Source of the DNA: Oligoflexales bacterium
Lineage (GTDB): Bacteria; Bdellovibrionota_B; Oligoflexia; Oligoflexales; Bog-1112
NCBI GenBank assembly: GCA_045105515.1
Contig: JBGCDR010000286.1
Coordinates: forward strand, 1 to 64,000
Direction: 5' to 3'
DNA length: 64,000 bases
Shown in pieces: positions 34,234 to 45,077 of the stretch. Made by a program: the position numbers and the translations under genes. Numbering within the stretch: the stretch's first letter is position 1; each line of letters begins with the position of its first letter. The notes under the pieces are model-generated. The model was not told the DNA's origin. It saw only the letters and a list, made by a program, of their open reading frames with translations, and ran no database searches.

Positions 34234-35421
34234 TTACTTCCTACCTTCCAGCGCTTTGTTTACCGTGTTCAAATCTTTGTCACCTCGGCCAGATAGGTTA
34301 ACCACAATAAGTTGTTCTTTTCCCATATTAGGAGCTACTTCAAAAGCATAAGCCAATGCATGGCAAGATTCTAATGCAGGGATAATTCCTTCATGGGCAC
34401 AGAGAAATTGAAATGCCTTTAAAGCATCTTGGTCGGTCTTGGCGACATATTCAACCCTACCAATTTCAGCCAAGTGGCTATGCTCTGGACCTACAGCAGG
34501 GTAATCAAGGCCTGGCGCAATACTATGGCTTTCCGTAATCTGGCCATCTGCGTCCTGAAGCAGGCGGGTATGTGCTCCATGGAGCACTCCAGGTTTTCCA
34601 AAGACCAAGGGAGCGGAGTGCTGGTTGCCAACCTGTTCTCCTCCTGCCTGAACACCTACAAGTCTAATATTCGAATCTTCCAAGAAAGTTTGAAAAATAC
34701 CAATGGCATTACTACCACCGCCAACACATGCCACAACAAGATCAGGACTAGCATTCCCCTCCTTTGCAAGCAGCTGCTGCCGACACTCCTTACCAATTAC
34801 TGATTGAAAATACCGTACAACCGATGGGAAAGGATAAGGACCTACAGCGGAGCCAACAAGATAGTGAGTATTGTGAACACTTGAAATCCAATCTCTCTCA
34901 GCTTCATTGATTGCATCTTTCAAAGTTTGACTGCCACTTTCTACCAGCCTCACATCGGCTCCGAGAAGGCGCATTCTTTGTAGGTTGGGAGCTTGCCGTT
35001 TTCCATCTACAGCACCCATGTATACAGTGCACTCCAAACCAAGTAAGGCACAAATTGATGCCGTAGCAACACCATGTTGACCAGCACCGGTTTCAGCGAT
35101 GATTCTGTTCTTACCCATTCTTTTTGCTAGAAGCCCTTGCCCTATAGCGTTATTTATCTTGTGAGAGCCAGTGTGATTTAAGTCTTCACGTTTAAGATAA
35201 AGCTTTGCACCTCCAAGTTTATGTGTTGATCGTTCGCAATAACTCAGGGGACTAGGCCTCCCTGTGTAATCCGAACAGAGCTGTTCAAATTGCTTGATAA
35301 AGGCACCATCCTTAATAGCTTCACTAAAAGCAATTTCAAGCTCCTCTAATGGCCCAAAAAGAGTTTCCGCAATAAATTGTCCGCCGTATTTACCAAAATA
35401 CCGTTTCAATTCTGTTTCCAT
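34234..35421 (-). CDS. trpB: Tryptophan synthase beta
   Basis: [33 protein letters not shown] and NLSGRGDKD motifs; ATG at 35421 chosen. Confidence 0.98.
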   Translation of the reverse strand: METELKRYFGKYGGQFIAETLFGPLEELEIAFSEAIKDGAFIKQFEQLCSDYTGRPSPLSYCERSTHKLGGAKLYLKREDLNHTGSHKINNAIGQGLLAKRMGKNRIIAETGAGQHGVATASICALLGLECTVYMGAVDGKRQAPNLQRMRLLGADVRLVESGSQTLKDAINEAERDWISSVHNTHYLVGSAVGPYPFPSVVRYFQSVIGKECRQQLLAKEGNASPDLVVACVGGGSNAIGIFQTFLEDSNIRLVGVQAGGEQVGNQHSAPLVFGKPGVLHGAHTRLLQDADGQITESHSIAPGLDYPAVGPEHSHLAEIGRVEYVAKTDQDALKAFQFLCAHEGIIPALESCHALAYAFEVAPNMGKEQLIVVNLSGRGDKDLNTVNKALEGRK

Positions 35422-35687
35422 AAAACCCCATTTGTCCTGCGTATAGGTCACGAAATATAATAATTAGTATGGTCTAATAAGCTGATATTCTATCCTATAT
35501 AGATAATGAGTAGCACCGCAACAAGATCAAATTCACAAAGAAGATTTAAAGGAAGAAATTAGCAGTAAACCCTTCATGATTGGCATGATAAGTATAATAT
35601 TATAATATTATTATCTTTATAATTATGCCAAATATTTCCCTTGCCCTTTACTCATGCTTTGTGTATCAATTGGCCCACATTCGTTGT

Positions 35688-35764
35688 GCACCCGTAGCTC
35701 AGCTGGATAGAGCATCTGACTACGAATCAGAAGGCCGGGCGTTCGAATCGCTCCGGGTGCGCCA
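35688..35764 (+). tRNA. tRNA-Arg(ACG)
   Basis: GCACCCGTAGCTCAGCTGGATAGAGCATCTGA-CTACGAA-TCAGAAGGCCGGGCGTTCGAATCGCTCCGGGTGCGCCA. Confidence 0.97.
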
Positions 35765-36438
35765 TCCAAAAAAATGCCTCCTACGAATGTCATGCCCAAA
35801 GGGGACTTACGATGCCACGCAGAAGGCGATCAGGCAATCTACTAGTAAAAAATAAAAAATCCTCAAAATGTACTCTGAGTTAAAATACCTACACTAACCC
35901 TAATTAGTTGTCGTATACCCAGGTTTTCACCTCAAGCGATAACATATCTGGAAACTTCTGCGCGTAGCGAAGAAGTAAGGGGGTCTTTCTCGGAGACCAC
36001 TGGCAACGGATGTTTAGCACCTGGTGGTGACAGAGACTATTTTTTCGATGTTTTGAAGAATTAAAATACTTGGCTAATTAGGTACAAAAACCTTAATATT
36101 AGACTAAAATAACTGTAAGGAAATTGAATGAGAGCCAAACATTCGGTCATTTGTGAGAAAATGCTTTGAACTCAAAAGAGCTTTTAATTTGTCACCCGAA
36201 TTCATCGAGTGGTCTCAAAAAATGGTAAGCAATTTATTAGTCCAAAAACCCTTCCTTATATATGAGATCCATCAGTGATGGTTAAATTAGGATCCCAATA
36301 CACACACACAGCCGATAAAGAGGCAATTGCCCTTCATCAATTCCATTAGCATTATGCATTTATACCCATGTAACATTTTAATATTATAATACAAAAATAT
36401 TTTCCACCTTCCCTTGTCAATTTTTTTTTACTTTTTGC

Positions 36439-36465
36439 TAAAGGTATCAACTTCACTTCCGAATG
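36439..36465 (+). promoter_or_regulatory. sigma28 (FliA)-like promoter of the LysM gene
   Basis: TAAA-N15-TCCGAATG. Confidence 0.55.
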
Positions 36466-36543
36466 ACACAAAGTCGTTATCGTTTTGCGACACATAATGT
36501 CCACGCGCGGGCTGTTTAGGAGTATTAAATCCATTTTTTTGAG

Positions 36544-37347
36544 GTGAGAGCAATGAGAACTACACGTATGAGCAAATTATTTTGGGTATTGTTTGGAGCA
36601 TTTTTACTGAGTTTTAACTTGTCAAGCTGTGTTGATGAAGGGGATCAACAACAAGAGCAGCTTGAAGATGACGATGTGGAAGATAGCTCAGACTATGGCG
36701 AAGAGTATATTGAAGAAGGTGGGGAACCTGATGCAGATGCTGATGTCATGGAAGAAGCTGGTGAAGCCATGGAGCTAGGAAGCCCAATTACTGAAGACGC
36801 AGATTTAGGAATGGGCCTAGCTGCAGATGAAGATACTAGTATGCCTGAGCCGGTAGCCAACAGCTTAGAAGGGGTTGCTGAAGATCAAAGTGCTCAACTA
36901 GGCGGAGAAAGCTCCGAAAGTTTCCAGTACACGATAGTAAAAGGAGATTGGCTTTCAAAGATTGCCCAAAGAGTGTACGGGGATATGTACAAATGGCCTC
37001 TTATTGCTAATGCCAATTCACAAATCAAAAATCCAAATCTTATTTATCCAAATAACGTTATCTCAGTTCCAATTATCGACGAACAGTCACGTGAGTTTTC
37101 TCAGTCTTATGCACAGGCTGGTAAACTTGGAACAGGGACAAAATATGTATCAATAAAGATCAAAAAGGGTGAATCTTTAAGTAAGATTGCTAAAAGAGTG
37201 CTTGGTAACGCTAGCGCATGGAAAACTGTTTGGCAAGCAAACCAGACTAACATTCCAAACCCTAATTTGGTTTCAGTAGGACAAATTGTGAAGGTACCTG
37301 TTTCAGGAGATGTAGCTATCGACTTCACAAAGTTTGCACAACTATAG
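36544..37347 (+). CDS. LysM-domain lipoprotein with acidic linker
   Basis: LSSC lipobox; two LysM repeats (YTIVKGDWLSKIA...NPNLIYP; IKKGESLSKIA...NPNLVSVG). Confidence 0.9.
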   Translation: MRAMRTTRMSKLFWVLFGAFLLSFNLSSCVDEGDQQQEQLEDDDVEDSSDYGEEYIEEGGEPDADADVMEEAGEAMELGSPITEDADLGMGLAADEDTSMPEPVANSLEGVAEDQSAQLGGESSESFQYTIVKGDWLSKIAQRVYGDMYKWPLIANANSQIKNPNLIYPNNVISVPIIDEQSREFSQSYAQAGKLGTGTKYVSIKIKKGESLSKIAKRVLGNASAWKTVWQANQTNIPNPNLVSVGQIVKVPVSGDVAIDFTKFAQL

Positions 37348-37516
37348 TCTGAATAGAAGTTAGTAAAGTAGTAAAGAAAGAAAGCACAGATTAGACAGAG
37401 TGCTAGACTGGTAGCAGAAAGATAAATCATTGCTCTCTTAACGACTTAACTGTGAAGGTCGCGAGGCTCTATCTTACCCATTCCTACGAATTGCTCTCAG
37501 TAGGAATGCTTCTTCT

Positions 37517-37993
37517 TTACTTAGTTTGCAAAGAGTAGAAACTATAAGTTCTCAAGTCAACGTTATCCTTTTCCCTAGAAATTTTAATCAAATGACTGGG
37601 AATTAACAGATCATCCTCAACCTTGCTAGGCCATTCGACAAAAAGACCAGAGAAACTTCTCTCTGAAACCAAACCAAGGTCTTCAACATCGAAAAATCCC
37701 TCGATCCGATACAAATCTAAATGTGCATAAAGTTTTCCGTCAATTTCATACTCATTTAAGACTGAAAATGTGGGAGAAGATACAGGAATATGTTTAGAAA
37801 GGCCCAGTGCTTGCAAAATATGCCTACTGAGGCTGGTTTTACCAGCTCCCAAAGGACCTTCCATCCATAAACAAAACCAATTCAACTCTTTAAGTTCTGA
37901 AGCAATTAAGCACCCTATTTCATCTAGCTCATCCTCTCCTGCAGACCTCTCCCAAAGTAGTCTCTTAGTCTTGCTCATAAACTTTGGATCCAA
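37517..37993 (-). CDS. tsaE: tRNA t6A biosynthesis ATPase TsaE
   Basis: GPLGAGKT, VSSPTFSVLNEY, HLDLYR and VEWP motifs. Confidence 0.95.
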   Translation of the reverse strand: MDPKFMSKTKRLLWERSAGEDELDEIGCLIASELKELNWFCLWMEGPLGAGKTSLSRHILQALGLSKHIPVSSPTFSVLNEYEIDGKLYAHLDLYRIEGFFDVEDLGLVSERSFSGLFVEWPSKVEDDLLIPSHLIKISREKDNVDLRTYSFYSLQTK

Positions 37994-38736
37994 TCAGGTT
38001 TGCAATCACTATTATTAAGGAGATCTTTCATTTCTTTAACAGCCTGACTCAAGCCAACAAAAACAGACCTTGCAACAATAGCATGACCTATATTTGCCTC
38101 TTCAGCTTCCGGTATCAATTGCATCCAAAAAGCGTTTCGATAGTTTAAGCCATGACCAAAATGCACTTGTAGCCCTAACTCTGCCGCATGTTTTGAAGCT
38201 ACCTGGTATTCTCTTAACAAGTCATACTGAGCTCTACTTGAAGGTGCATTTAGCAAATTATTACAGAAATCACCGGTATGGATTTCGATTGCATCAGCAT
38301 TGAGTTCCCTGCAGATATCAATCACAGGTCTACTAGCTTCTACAAACAAAGATACTAAAACATTATTTTCTTTCAACAGATTTACAGCACTAAGTAGTTT
38401 CTCTTTCATTGCTATAACATTTAGACCACCTTCGGTCGTTAACTCCTCTCTTTTTTCAGGCACCAGCGTAACCGCACTCGGCAGGAGCTGTTTAGCAATA
38501 CTAAGCATCTCAGTTGTGCATGCCATTTCAAAATTTAGAGCAATATTGATCGTTTCTTTTAGTACCCTTACATCCCGATCTTGAATATGCCGACGGTCCT
38601 CTCTTAAATGGCAGGTTATATTGTCTGCTCCCCCTAGCTCGGCAAATATTGCAGCTTGTATCGGGTCAGGGTATGACTCTAACCTAGCTTGTCTTAATGT
38701 GGCTATATGGTCTAAGTTTACTCCAAGCCTTATCAT
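37975..38736 (-). CDS. pdxJ: Pyridoxine 5'-phosphate synthase
   Basis: RLGVNLDHIATLRQAR, HLREDRRHI, TTEGGL and NIGHAIV motifs. Confidence 0.97.
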   Translation of the reverse strand: MIRLGVNLDHIATLRQARLESYPDPIQAAIFAELGGADNITCHLREDRRHIQDRDVRVLKETINIALNFEMACTTEMLSIAKQLLPSAVTLVPEKREELTTEGGLNVIAMKEKLLSAVNLLKENNVLVSLFVEASRPVIDICRELNADAIEIHTGDFCNNLLNAPSSRAQYDLLREYQVASKHAAELGLQVHFGHGLNYRNAFWMQLIPEAEEANIGHAIVARSVFVGLSQAVKEMKDLLNNSDCKPDWIQSL

Positions 38737-38812
38737 TTTAGCTTGTCCTTTCAATAACGAGATTTCTGAGCCCAATGAAAATGTCCATTAGAACAAATGG
38801 ATTTTTCAATAC

Positions 38813-40225
38813 TTATCCATTGCTGATAGCTGTGGGAGAATGTTTAATCATACTGCCCGCTTTCTCAGCTAGCTCTTCTACCATGGATTCAATTTGGTCT
38901 CGATCGCTACCCTCTATCATGATCCTAGCTTTTTTTTCAGTACCAGAATATCTGAATAAAACTCGTCCTTCCTTGCCTAAACTTTGCTCCATTTTATTAA
39001 TTAATTCAGTTAAATCTGGCAATTGAGGGAGGGGCACTTTTTTATCTACTACAATAGACTTAAGCACCTGTGGAAGTCTTTCCATACACTTTTTGAGGGT
39101 GTGTAAACTCTCACCCTTTTCTATTAAAATCTCAAGTAGCGACAAAGCTGCCAAAATACCATCACCCGTAGTAGAACAGTCACGAAATATCATATGACCA
39201 GACTGCTCTCCACCAAGGTTATAATTATTTTTTCTCATCTCTTCTACAACATAACGATCTCCAACCTGTGTTCTAATCACCTTTCCTTGGTGTCTTCCCA
39301 TAGCAATATCTAGCCCCATATTGCTCATGATCGTAGATACCAGGGTTTTACCATTAAGGCGCCCCTGTTCCAGGTAATGAATACCGCATATAGCCATAAC
39401 CTCGTCACCATCTAATAATTCGCCTTTTTCATCAACAACAACTACACGGTCAGCATCTCCATCAACAGCAATTCCTAAGTCAGCTTTGTAAAGCTTAACC
39501 TTTTTAATAAGTCGTTTAGGATAAACTGCACCACAATCCTCATTAATATTGGTTCCATCAGGGTTAGCACCAATCAAGAACACCTCCGCACCTAGCTCTT
39601 CGAATACCTTTGGAGCGACTTTGTAAGCAGCTCCGTTAGCACAATCGAGTACGATGCGAATTCCTTCAAGAGTCAAATGCTTAGGGAATTGCTCTTTCAA
39701 AAACACTGCATATTGCCCTATAGCATCATCTATCCGTTGAGTCGTACCTATCGCCTTGCCGGTAGGCAAATGGGCATTCATGGTACTGTCAAAAACCAAA
39801 GATTCTAATTTTTCTTCAACTTCATCAGGAAGTTTATATCCGTCTGCAGAGAATATTTTGATGCCATTATCAAAGTAAGCATTATGAGAAGCTGAGATCA
39901 CAATTCCTGCATTAGCACGCATACCACGTGTGAGATAAGCAATTCCTGGGGTTGGAAGAGGGCCTAGAAAAAAGGTGTCAACACCAACACTACAAATGCC
40001 TGAAGACAATGCCTGCTCAAGCATATATCCACTTTTACGGGTATCTTTGCCAATTAATATTCTTGGCTTTTCATAGTGTTTCTTAAAATATAGACCCAAG
40101 GCTTGGCCCAATCTCAGCACTAATTCAGGCGACATAGGGTAAGCGTTGGCCCTGCCTCTAATGCCATCGGTGCCAAACAGCTTTACTCGATTTTCTACTT
40201 TTCCTTGCTCATTATTCTCTTTCAC
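38813..40225 (-). CDS. glmM: Phosphoglucosamine mutase
   Basis: LFGTDGIRG, ISASHN, DGDADR, GGEQSGH and RYSGTE motifs. Confidence 0.97.
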   Translation of the reverse strand: MKENNEQGKVENRVKLFGTDGIRGRANAYPMSPELVLRLGQALGLYFKKHYEKPRILIGKDTRKSGYMLEQALSSGICSVGVDTFFLGPLPTPGIAYLTRGMRANAGIVISASHNAYFDNGIKIFSADGYKLPDEVEEKLESLVFDSTMNAHLPTGKAIGTTQRIDDAIGQYAVFLKEQFPKHLTLEGIRIVLDCANGAAYKVAPKVFEELGAEVFLIGANPDGTNINEDCGAVYPKRLIKKVKLYKADLGIAVDGDADRVVVVDEKGELLDGDEVMAICGIHYLEQGRLNGKTLVSTIMSNMGLDIAMGRHQGKVIRTQVGDRYVVEEMRKNNYNLGGEQSGHMIFRDCSTTGDGILAALSLLEILIEKGESLHTLKKCMERLPQVLKSIVVDKKVPLPQLPDLTELINKMEQSLGKEGRVLFRYSGTEKKARIMIEGSDRDQIESMVEELAEKAGSMIKHSPTAISNG

Positions 40226-40329
40226 ACCCTATTCTCCTTTGAGTTGATTCATAGTCCAATACTACTCTTGGGCCTCCCAGAAACCCAACTGCATTTTCCT
40301 TTAGGGCCTTTTCTCATAGTATCTAGGAT

Positions 40330-41274
40330 TTATTTTTTTTTTCGAGCTTTTCCTTTTGCGGGCTCTTCCACTTCGACAATGGCATGCTCAGGGAAGGTTT
40401 CGATAAGGACTGTGTCAGGTGGGATCTTTACTTGAACCTTTTTTTCATATCGACCAGGGCCAATTTCTCTTAAGTCCAAAAAAGCCCTCAAATCACTGCG
40501 TTTTATAAAGCTCAGCACCCCAGGGGTGCCCTGAACAACAATGGATACATAATTAGGTCGCAAGTGCGTCTTTAGCTTCTGTCCTTCAAGTTCAATTGGG
40601 ATACTGCCAAAGCGCTTATTGATCTTCTTTTCACCAACTTGTATCGAAACACTTACTTGTTCGAGAGATAGTTCAACTGGCTGTAAGTCTTTAGTTAGCA
40701 GATTAACTTCAAAGCTTTTTGATTTTTGTAAGCCTTTTAGATCTACTGGTTCTGTTAGAATATGTTGAAGCCTTGATATTTCAGTCTTCAGCCCCGTCAC
40801 CACAACTTTTTTTGGCTCTACCGTCGTCTTTTCAATGATGTAACCTTCGGCTGGAATTCCTTGCAGGTGCTCTTTAATTTGGACCGTTCGAGTCAATTTT
40901 TCGTCCACATAAACGGTGATGTAAGCATCATGAACAGTTAGTTTTATGCGTTGATTCCAGTTCTGAATAAACTCCTTATCAATCCTAAACCTTAAGCGAC
41001 CAATCTTGCCTTTTGGTATGGTTATCTGGGCCTCAATCGGCCTTGTGGAAAAATCACCTAGTAACACCCGCGACCCACTGAGCGTAGCATCCTTAACACG
41101 AATGTAGCTCCCTTTAATCATATAGCCATCATGGACTTTTAACTGTACTTGAATTCTACGATTTATTTCCAAGATTTCTTCACCTTGGACAATATACCAG
41201 AAAATTGCTGCCAGAATTAAGGCAGATATTTTATATTGAAAATTGGAGAATAGATTGCTCATCATTCCACTCAA
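40330..41274 (-). CDS. CdaR/YbbR-domain regulator
   Basis: KISALILAAIFWYIV anchor, YbbR-like repeats; between cdaA and glmM. Confidence 0.85.
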   Translation of the reverse strand: MSGMMSNLFSNFQYKISALILAAIFWYIVQGEEILEINRRIQVQLKVHDGYMIKGSYIRVKDATLSGSRVLLGDFSTRPIEAQITIPKGKIGRLRFRIDKEFIQNWNQRIKLTVHDAYITVYVDEKLTRTVQIKEHLQGIPAEGYIIEKTTVEPKKVVVTGLKTEISRLQHILTEPVDLKGLQKSKSFEVNLLTKDLQPVELSLEQVSVSIQVGEKKINKRFGSIPIELEGQKLKTHLRPNYVSIVVQGTPGVLSFIKRSDLRAFLDLREIGPGRYEKKVQVKIPPDTVLIETFPEHAIVEVEEPAKGKARKKK

Positions 41275-42113
41275 GATTTTTTTCTACTATTTAAGGATGC
41301 CATCCTTTCAAAAAACGAGGTATTTTTAAGTTGCTTTTCAGAATTTTTAGCATATTCTGGCTCGTCGACAAGGTGGCGCTGCAGCAACTTACGAATTTCC
41401 TCTTTTTCAGTTAGAGGCATAACCTTCCCATCATAAACTAGCGAAACTTCGCCTTTTTCTTCCGACACCAAAATCACTACTGCGTCAGTTTCTTGACTAA
41501 TACCAATGGCGGCCCGATGCCTGGTTCCCCAGTCTTTTGTTAGATTGTCTTCACGGGTTAGTGGCAAAAAACACCCAGCAGCCGACACTCTACCCTGTTG
41601 TATAATCACAGCCCCATCATGCAAAGGAGAGCTCGTATGAAAAATTGACATGAGTAGCTCTTTTGAAATCCGAGCATCGACAAGAGTCCCTATATCTACA
41701 TAACGTGACAAAATAATATTTCGTTCCATCACAATGAGTGCACCAATTCTATTTTTAGCCAATGCTACAGACGCACGAGTCACTTCATCCAGGATATGCA
41801 GCGATGAAACATGCTCATTTGCTGCCATAAAAGAACGTTTACCAATCTTACTAAGAGCATGACGTACATCATCTTGAAACAGAATGACTAAAATCAAAAT
41901 GATAGAGGAGTAAAATTTATTCATAACCCAATTAACGGTCGTCAAAGGAACAACTGAAGACACTAAAAAAACAGCAACGACTACCATTACCCCAGTAAGC
42001 ATCTGTGCTGTTCTGGTTCCTTTTACCAACAGTAAAACATAGTAGAAAAAAACAGCAATTAGCAGTATGTCAATTGCAGACCACCACCCTAACTGTTCAA
42101 GAATTTCCCTCAT
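41271..42113 (-). CDS. dacA: Diadenylate cyclase CdaA/DacA
   Basis: Three N-terminal TMs, PLHDGAVII and GTRHRAAIG catalytic motifs. Confidence 0.95.
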   Translation of the reverse strand: MREILEQLGWWSAIDILLIAVFFYYVLLLVKGTRTAQMLTGVMVVVAVFLVSSVVPLTTVNWVMNKFYSSIILILVILFQDDVRHALSKIGKRSFMAANEHVSSLHILDEVTRASVALAKNRIGALIVMERNIILSRYVDIGTLVDARISKELLMSIFHTSSPLHDGAVIIQQGRVSAAGCFLPLTREDNLTKDWGTRHRAAIGISQETDAVVILVSEEKGEVSLVYDGKVMPLTEKEEIRKLLQRHLVDEPEYAKNSEKQLKNTSFFERMASLNSRKKS

Positions 42114-42934
42114 ATCTCGACCTTAGTGCTTTCGTACCGTAACCTATTAAGATATTTAACATCATGAGTACGAATGATCTTTGCCCCAGCTGCTGCCAAC
42201 GCAAATTCAGCAATTTTAGAAGGAGGGTCCCGATCCGCAGGTACCTGCAAATCTAAAAGTCGTCCCATCCAAGACTTCCTAGAGATCCCAACTGCCAGTT
42301 GATATCGAGCTGCAAAATGGGCAACATTTGCCATCAACAACAGATTAGCCTGGTCTGTTTTCCCAAACCCTATTCCTGGGTCCATCCATATTCTTTCGCG
42401 AGAAAAACCGGCGTTTATCAGAGTGTCGTAACTTCGACTAAAAAATCTGCAGATCTCATCTAAAACCTCACACCCTTTAAGAGGATTGTCTTGCATGGAA
42501 TTAGGGCAACCCTTCATATGCATAGAGAGATAAGCAACTTTGCTTTCTAATGCCAAATATCTCAAAGTTTCTCGATCTGCAAGACCTGAAACATCATTTA
42601 TCAGATCAACCCCAGACCTGGCAGAAAGGATCATCAGCTCAGGCTTTTTGGTATCTACACTGATTTTAATGCGAGAGTCTAACTGTTTTTTCAATCGGTC
42701 TATGACAGGTTGCAAACGTCTCCATTCAACACCTGAATCAAGATCATTCGCACCTGGGCGGGTAGATTCTGCACCAATATCAATGATATCAGCACCTTGA
42801 ATTGCAAGTTCACTTGCCCATTCGCAAGCCCGTCCAGGATCTAAATATTTTCCACCGTCCGAGAAAGAGTCTGGGGTAACATTGACAACCCCCATAATCT
42901 GAAAAGGTTCGAAACGTCCTAGTAGTGCTTCCAT
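42110..42934 (-). CDS. folP: Dihydropteroate synthase
   Basis: MGVVNVTPDSFSDGG, IDIGAESTRPG, DPGIGFGK, SRK and RTHDV motifs. Confidence 0.97.
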   Translation of the reverse strand: MEALLGRFEPFQIMGVVNVTPDSFSDGGKYLDPGRACEWASELAIQGADIIDIGAESTRPGANDLDSGVEWRRLQPVIDRLKKQLDSRIKISVDTKKPELMILSARSGVDLINDVSGLADRETLRYLALESKVAYLSMHMKGCPNSMQDNPLKGCEVLDEICRFFSRSYDTLINAGFSRERIWMDPGIGFGKTDQANLLLMANVAHFAARYQLAVGISRKSWMGRLLDLQVPADRDPPSKIAEFALAAAGAKIIRTHDVKYLNRLRYESTKVEI

Positions 42935-42938
42935 GACC

Positions 42939-44921
42939 TCATGTTGCTTGAGTCAAAGGATCCAAGGGCTGAGAGTTATCCCTTTGGTTTTCATTTGAGA
43001 CTGCTTGGTCCCCAAGTTCATCACCATGATGATCTTTACTCCAATTTTTAGCTACTTCTATCCTCTTCTTATAAGCTGCAATTTCATCCTCGGTCACCAC
43101 ATTCTCGCCAGCCATAATCCTTTGGATTTCATCTTTATGCAAAGTTTCTTTTATGAGCAAAGCTTCTGCAATTTCTACCAGCTTCTCTCTGTTTTCTCTC
43201 AAAATGTTTATTGCTTTCTCATACCCTTGCCCAACTAAACGCCGAATTTCGTCATCTACGTCCTGAGCTACTCTCTCCGAATGCATTTCTCCAGAGTTCA
43301 CCCCTCGGCCCATAAATACTTCTTCATCACGTTTGCCGATAGCTAAGGGACCAATTTTATCACTCATTCCCCAATGGCAGGTCATGTGTCTAGCAATATC
43401 TGTAGCTTTTTTTATGTCATCGGAAGCTCCTGAAGTCTGGCCATTAAAAATTAGTTCTTCGGCAGCCCTTCCTCCCATAGCATAAACGATCATACCTTCA
43501 GCATATTCTTTCGACAAACTCCATCGGTCTTCCTTTGGCAGCATAACAGTCACACCCAATGCCTGGCCGCGAGGAATAATAGTAACCTTATGAACTGGAT
43601 CACAACCTTCTGTTAATAAACCACAAAGAGCATGTCCTGCTTCATGATATGCTGTGTTTCTTTTTTCTGCTTCACTCATAATCATACTACGACGTTCTGC
43701 GCCCATCAGCACTTTGTCCTTAGCTGATTCATAGTGATTCATATTTACTTCTTTGGAGTTGTTGCGAGCTGCAATCAAAGCTGCTTCGTTGATCAAGTTC
43801 TCAAGATCTGCTCCAGTAAACCCTGGAGTTGCCTGGGCAATAAGAGCCAAGTCAACATCATCTGCCAAAGGAGTCTTGCGAGTATGTACATGTAAGATTC
43901 CTCGCCTACCCTTGATGTCCGGTGAAGGAACATGAACCCGACGGTCAAATCGGCCAGGACGTAAAAGCGCCGGATCTAAAACATCAACCCGGTTAGTAGC
44001 TGCAATGATGATCACTCCCTCATTAGCTTCAAAACCATCCATTTCAACAAGAAGTTGGTTGAGTGTTTGCTCTCGCTCGTCATGACCACCTCCCATACCG
44101 GCACCTCGATGCCTACCAACAGCATCAATCTCATCAATAAAGACGATGCAGGGAGAATTCTTTTTTGCCTGATCAAAAAGGTCACGAACTCTGCTCGCTC
44201 CAACCCCAACAAACATTTCTACGAAGTCTGAGCCCGAAATGCTAAAGAAAGGAACACCTGCTTCTCCAGCCACACCCTTTGCAAGTATCGTTTTACCAGT
44301 TCCTGGAGAACCTATTAATAAGACCCCCTTTGGAATCCTACCACCCAAACGAGTAAATTTTTTGGGTTCTTTGAGAAATTCGATGATCTCTTGAAGCTCC
44401 CACTTTGCCTCATCAATTCCTGCAATATCTGCAAAGGTAACTTTGGGCTTCATGTCATTAATCATTTTGGCCTTGCTCTTACCAAAAGACATGGCTTTGC
44501 CGCCGCCTGCTTGGACCGAGCGCATAATTATAAATATAAAGATTAAAATAAAAATCATTGGGATAATTTGGACTATAAAGCTCTTGAGAATACTGTCGTT
44601 ATCGGGCTCTTCATAGTTTAGAATAACTCCTTGTTCTTCTAGGAATTTTCGTGTGTGCTCATCATTAGGAACATAGGTTCGAATTTTGCTTTTATCTCCC
44701 CTAATGCCCGTCAAGTGGTTTTCTTGAAACGAGGCCTCTGAAATTCGATCATCATCGGTCTGAGGGTTCTCTACCGCTGTTTTGAACTCAGAGTATTTAA
44801 CTTCTTGAACTACTTCCTGATTTGAAGACAGAATGTTTGCTAATAAAGCAACCATTACGATGAAGCTCAAAACTAGAAATAGGATCCTCGGATGGTTTGC
44901 TTTCGGTGATGGCGCCGCCAT
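42939..44921 (-). CDS. ftsH: ATP-dependent zinc metalloprotease FtsH
   Basis: [27 protein letters not shown] and HEAGH motifs. Confidence 0.99.
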   Translation of the reverse strand: MAAPSPKANHPRILFLVLSFIVMVALLANILSSNQEVVQEVKYSEFKTAVENPQTDDDRISEASFQENHLTGIRGDKSKIRTYVPNDEHTRKFLEEQGVILNYEEPDNDSILKSFIVQIIPMIFILIFIFIIMRSVQAGGGKAMSFGKSKAKMINDMKPKVTFADIAGIDEAKWELQEIIEFLKEPKKFTRLGGRIPKGVLLIGSPGTGKTILAKGVAGEAGVPFFSISGSDFVEMFVGVGASRVRDLFDQAKKNSPCIVFIDEIDAVGRHRGAGMGGGHDEREQTLNQLLVEMDGFEANEGVIIIAATNRVDVLDPALLRPGRFDRRVHVPSPDIKGRRGILHVHTRKTPLADDVDLALIAQATPGFTGADLENLINEAALIAARNNSKEVNMNHYESAKDKVLMGAERRSMIMSEAEKRNTAYHEAGHALCGLLTEGCDPVHKVTIIPRGQALGVTVMLPKEDRWSLSKEYAEGMIVYAMGGRAAEELIFNGQTSGASDDIKKATDIARHMTCHWGMSDKIGPLAIGKRDEEVFMGRGVNSGEMHSERVAQDVDDEIRRLVGQGYEKAINILRENREKLVEIAEALLIKETLHKDEIQRIMAGENVVTEDEIAAYKKRIEVAKNWSKDHHGDELGDQAVSNENQRDNSQPLDPLTQAT

Positions 44922-45077
44922 ATTTGCTCCCAGGCAATATTCTCGATAAAGAACTAATCATCTTACTGATCGTGCGATTTTACTTTTTCTTGATGAGCTA
45001 ATATTCATCAATGGCAAAATGCACAGTTACCACACAGCATAAGACTAAATATATATTCAGCAATATGCCTATCTATA

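Noticed and set aside
35625..35855. 76-aa ORF
   Set aside because: It overlaps tRNA-Arg(ACG).
35770..36430. Long spacer after tRNA-Arg as a riboswitch, ncRNA or att site; short CA run near 36300
   Set aside because: Only a small GGTCT..AGACC hairpin is visible. I recognised no riboswitch consensus, repeated tRNA 3' end or integrase, and the CA run is too short to be meaningful.
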